Assembly (NCBI GenBank): GCA_003971905.1
Contig: RSEE01000039.1
Coordinates: forward strand, 1-64,000
Direction: 5' to 3'
DNA: 64,000 nucleotides
Source of the DNA: Moniliella sp. 'wahieum'
Lineage: Eukaryota
In this document: one piece after another, positions 62,483 through 64,000 of the stretch
Layout: every line of letters begins with the position of its first letter
Position numbering within the stretch: the first letter of the stretch is position 1
Program-made: the position numbers and the translations under genes
The notes under the pieces: model-generated
What the model saw: only the letters and a program-made list of their open reading frames with translations
Databases searched by the model: none
What the model was told of the DNA's origin: nothing

Positions 62483-62917
62483 TCATGCATGCCCATCAGG
62501 GCGGCTCAGGGTCGAGAAGCGGAGCGGAACGGAAGGACGCACCAAAGCGAAGCTAGCGCATTGTCCTGTTCCAAACACGTTCTCCCCGCTGTACGACACA
62601 TAGAGGAAGCCGTCCTTGTCACGGTGCTCGTCGTAGATCGCGCTCATCAGCGCCGCGGTCGCAGGCAAGACGTCATCGACAAAGATAAAGATTGCCTTCT
62701 CGGGCGCCAAGCGGATACGCTTACGGATGACATAGACAAACTGGCCCACAGTCAGGTCGCTGGGGACCAAGTACTTTTTCTTGTCGATCGTCGGGATGTC
62801 CGTCTTGTCCGCCTTCTCGCAGATGACGGGGATACGGTCCGGGTACTTGGCGCGGATGCGCTGGGCCTCCGCCTGGCGCTTCTCGAACGCGTGCTCTTCC
62901 TTGAACTTGGATCGCAT
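62483..62917 (-). CDS. ATG8: Autophagy ubiquitin-like protein Atg8 (C-terminus after Gly uncertain)
   Basis: [14 protein letters not shown]...[11 protein letters not shown]...[22 protein letters not shown]...[15 protein letters not shown]. Confidence 0.97.
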   Translation of the reverse strand: MRSKFKEEHAFEKRQAEAQRIRAKYPDRIPVICEKADKTDIPTIDKKKYLVPSDLTVGQFVYVIRKRIRLAPEKAIFIFVDDVLPATAALMSAIYDEHRDKDGFLYVSYSGENVFGTGQCASFALVRPSVPLRFSTLSRPDGHA

Positions 62918-64000
62918 GGGCTGGGGGAAGGGGTGGAGGAAGCGGGGACAGGCGGTGGCGGTGGTGGGGGGCTCAAGGCACTCTGCCGCTAGACAGGGGC
63001 GGAGTGGGTGGGCGGAGAGGGCGATAAGCAAAGCAACCCTACTGCTTGCCCCATTCCGCGCGCGGCGGGGTCTGTGCCACTTTCACGGTTGGTTACGTTG
63101 ATCACTTTAATCAATTGCCATTTTGCCCCGCTATGCCTTGTGTTGTTGAGCGGGCTGGCAGCCTTGGTTTGTGCCGCCTGCTCCACCGCCTCGACTGCTT
63201 CTTTTGTCACTGAAGACAGCATAAGATGCATAGCAAACGGACGAGCTGGGGCTTCGTACCCATCCCCCTTCCCCCCTCCCGCCTGGCTCCGTTCTGGCTG
63301 CCTCACCCTCTCCCCCAATCCCTTCTCCCCTCTGCCGCGTGTTTTGGCAAAACCTTTACCGACATCTATACGATCTGCTGCCATCGGTCATCCCCCACTC
63401 CCACACTGCATATTACCCCTTTTCCACACTCCCTCGCCTCTCCATCATGCCCCATTCCAATACACCGACACCGTCTTTGTTTCGTTGCGAAGGTGGGGGA
63501 GCTGGGCAACGTGGGAACTAACCATATATGGAGTAACCCCGACCCAACAGTAGTGCTCACAGCACGCCTATGGGATGGCGGCGTCACGCCCAATCCACAT
63601 TGGCCAACCTTGGACCATCCGACAACCGACAACCGACAGGAGCGGGTGGCAGACCGGTGCCATTGACAGTTTAGCCCCCGCGCCTTATCGTGGACGTGCG
63701 GCGGCAGGCATGGTCAAACGTGTTATGTTGGATTGGGTGAGAGCGGTACGCAAAAGCGCCAAAAACAAGGGGAAAGCGGGGGACAGGGAGAAGCGGGAAG
63801 AGGGGAAACGGGAAAGAAAGATGGCAACAGGGGTCCATACCATCACAGGCTGGCTAGTGGTGAAATCGGGAGGGTAGGGGTGAGAGATAAACACCTTGGA
63901 AGAGCATCCAATTCGGTCCACACCCTCTCGTCATGCATCATGGCTCTTGACGTCTCAACCGCTCACCCTCGTTCGCTCGTTTGTTCTCTGCCCAAGTGAA

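Noticed and set aside
62483..62575. Unusually long Atg8 C-terminal extension
   Set aside because: The region contains an apparent intron (gtgcgt...actaac...cag) and possibly an indel; residues after Gly are removed by Atg4 anyway.

Overview
GC-rich eukaryotic genomic DNA with GT-AG introns carrying CTAAC/CTGAC branch points. By protein similarity it is a basidiomycete fungus; Ustilaginomycotina-like is an inference. Almost every conserved gene is broken by isolated single-base indels, most simply explained as uncorrected long-read errors, so many CDS boundaries are approximate. From left to right the window holds: a frameshifted CRE/Cnl1/MoTeR-type non-LTR retrotransposon running off the left edge; an inverted relic copy of the ABC transporter 3' end; YVC1/TRPY channel; vezatin-like protein; tRNA-Ala; FCF1; a decayed PDX3/pdxH pseudogene; MVD1; ARC19; a large coiled-coil protein; an ABCC transporter; POL32; a possible zincin-like protein; an AAA ATPase; RPS25 with an intron-split start codon; a gag-only LTR element; VPS9; a second tRNA-Ala; a ZIP zinc transporter; a secreted Kex2-processed Asn/Gly/Asp-rich repeat protein in a gene-poor island; EMC10; several hypothetical genes; two intron-containing tRNA-Pro(AGG); a divergent TFIIB/BRF-like factor; a CYS2-like acyltransferase head-to-head with fRMsr; an MRP1-like SOD-fold protein; and ATG8. 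The best candidates for undescribed biology are the repeat-peptide precursor (43.2-44.4 kb), the intact gag-only LTR element (32.9-34.3 kb) and the extra TFIIB-family gene (54.2-56.0 kb).
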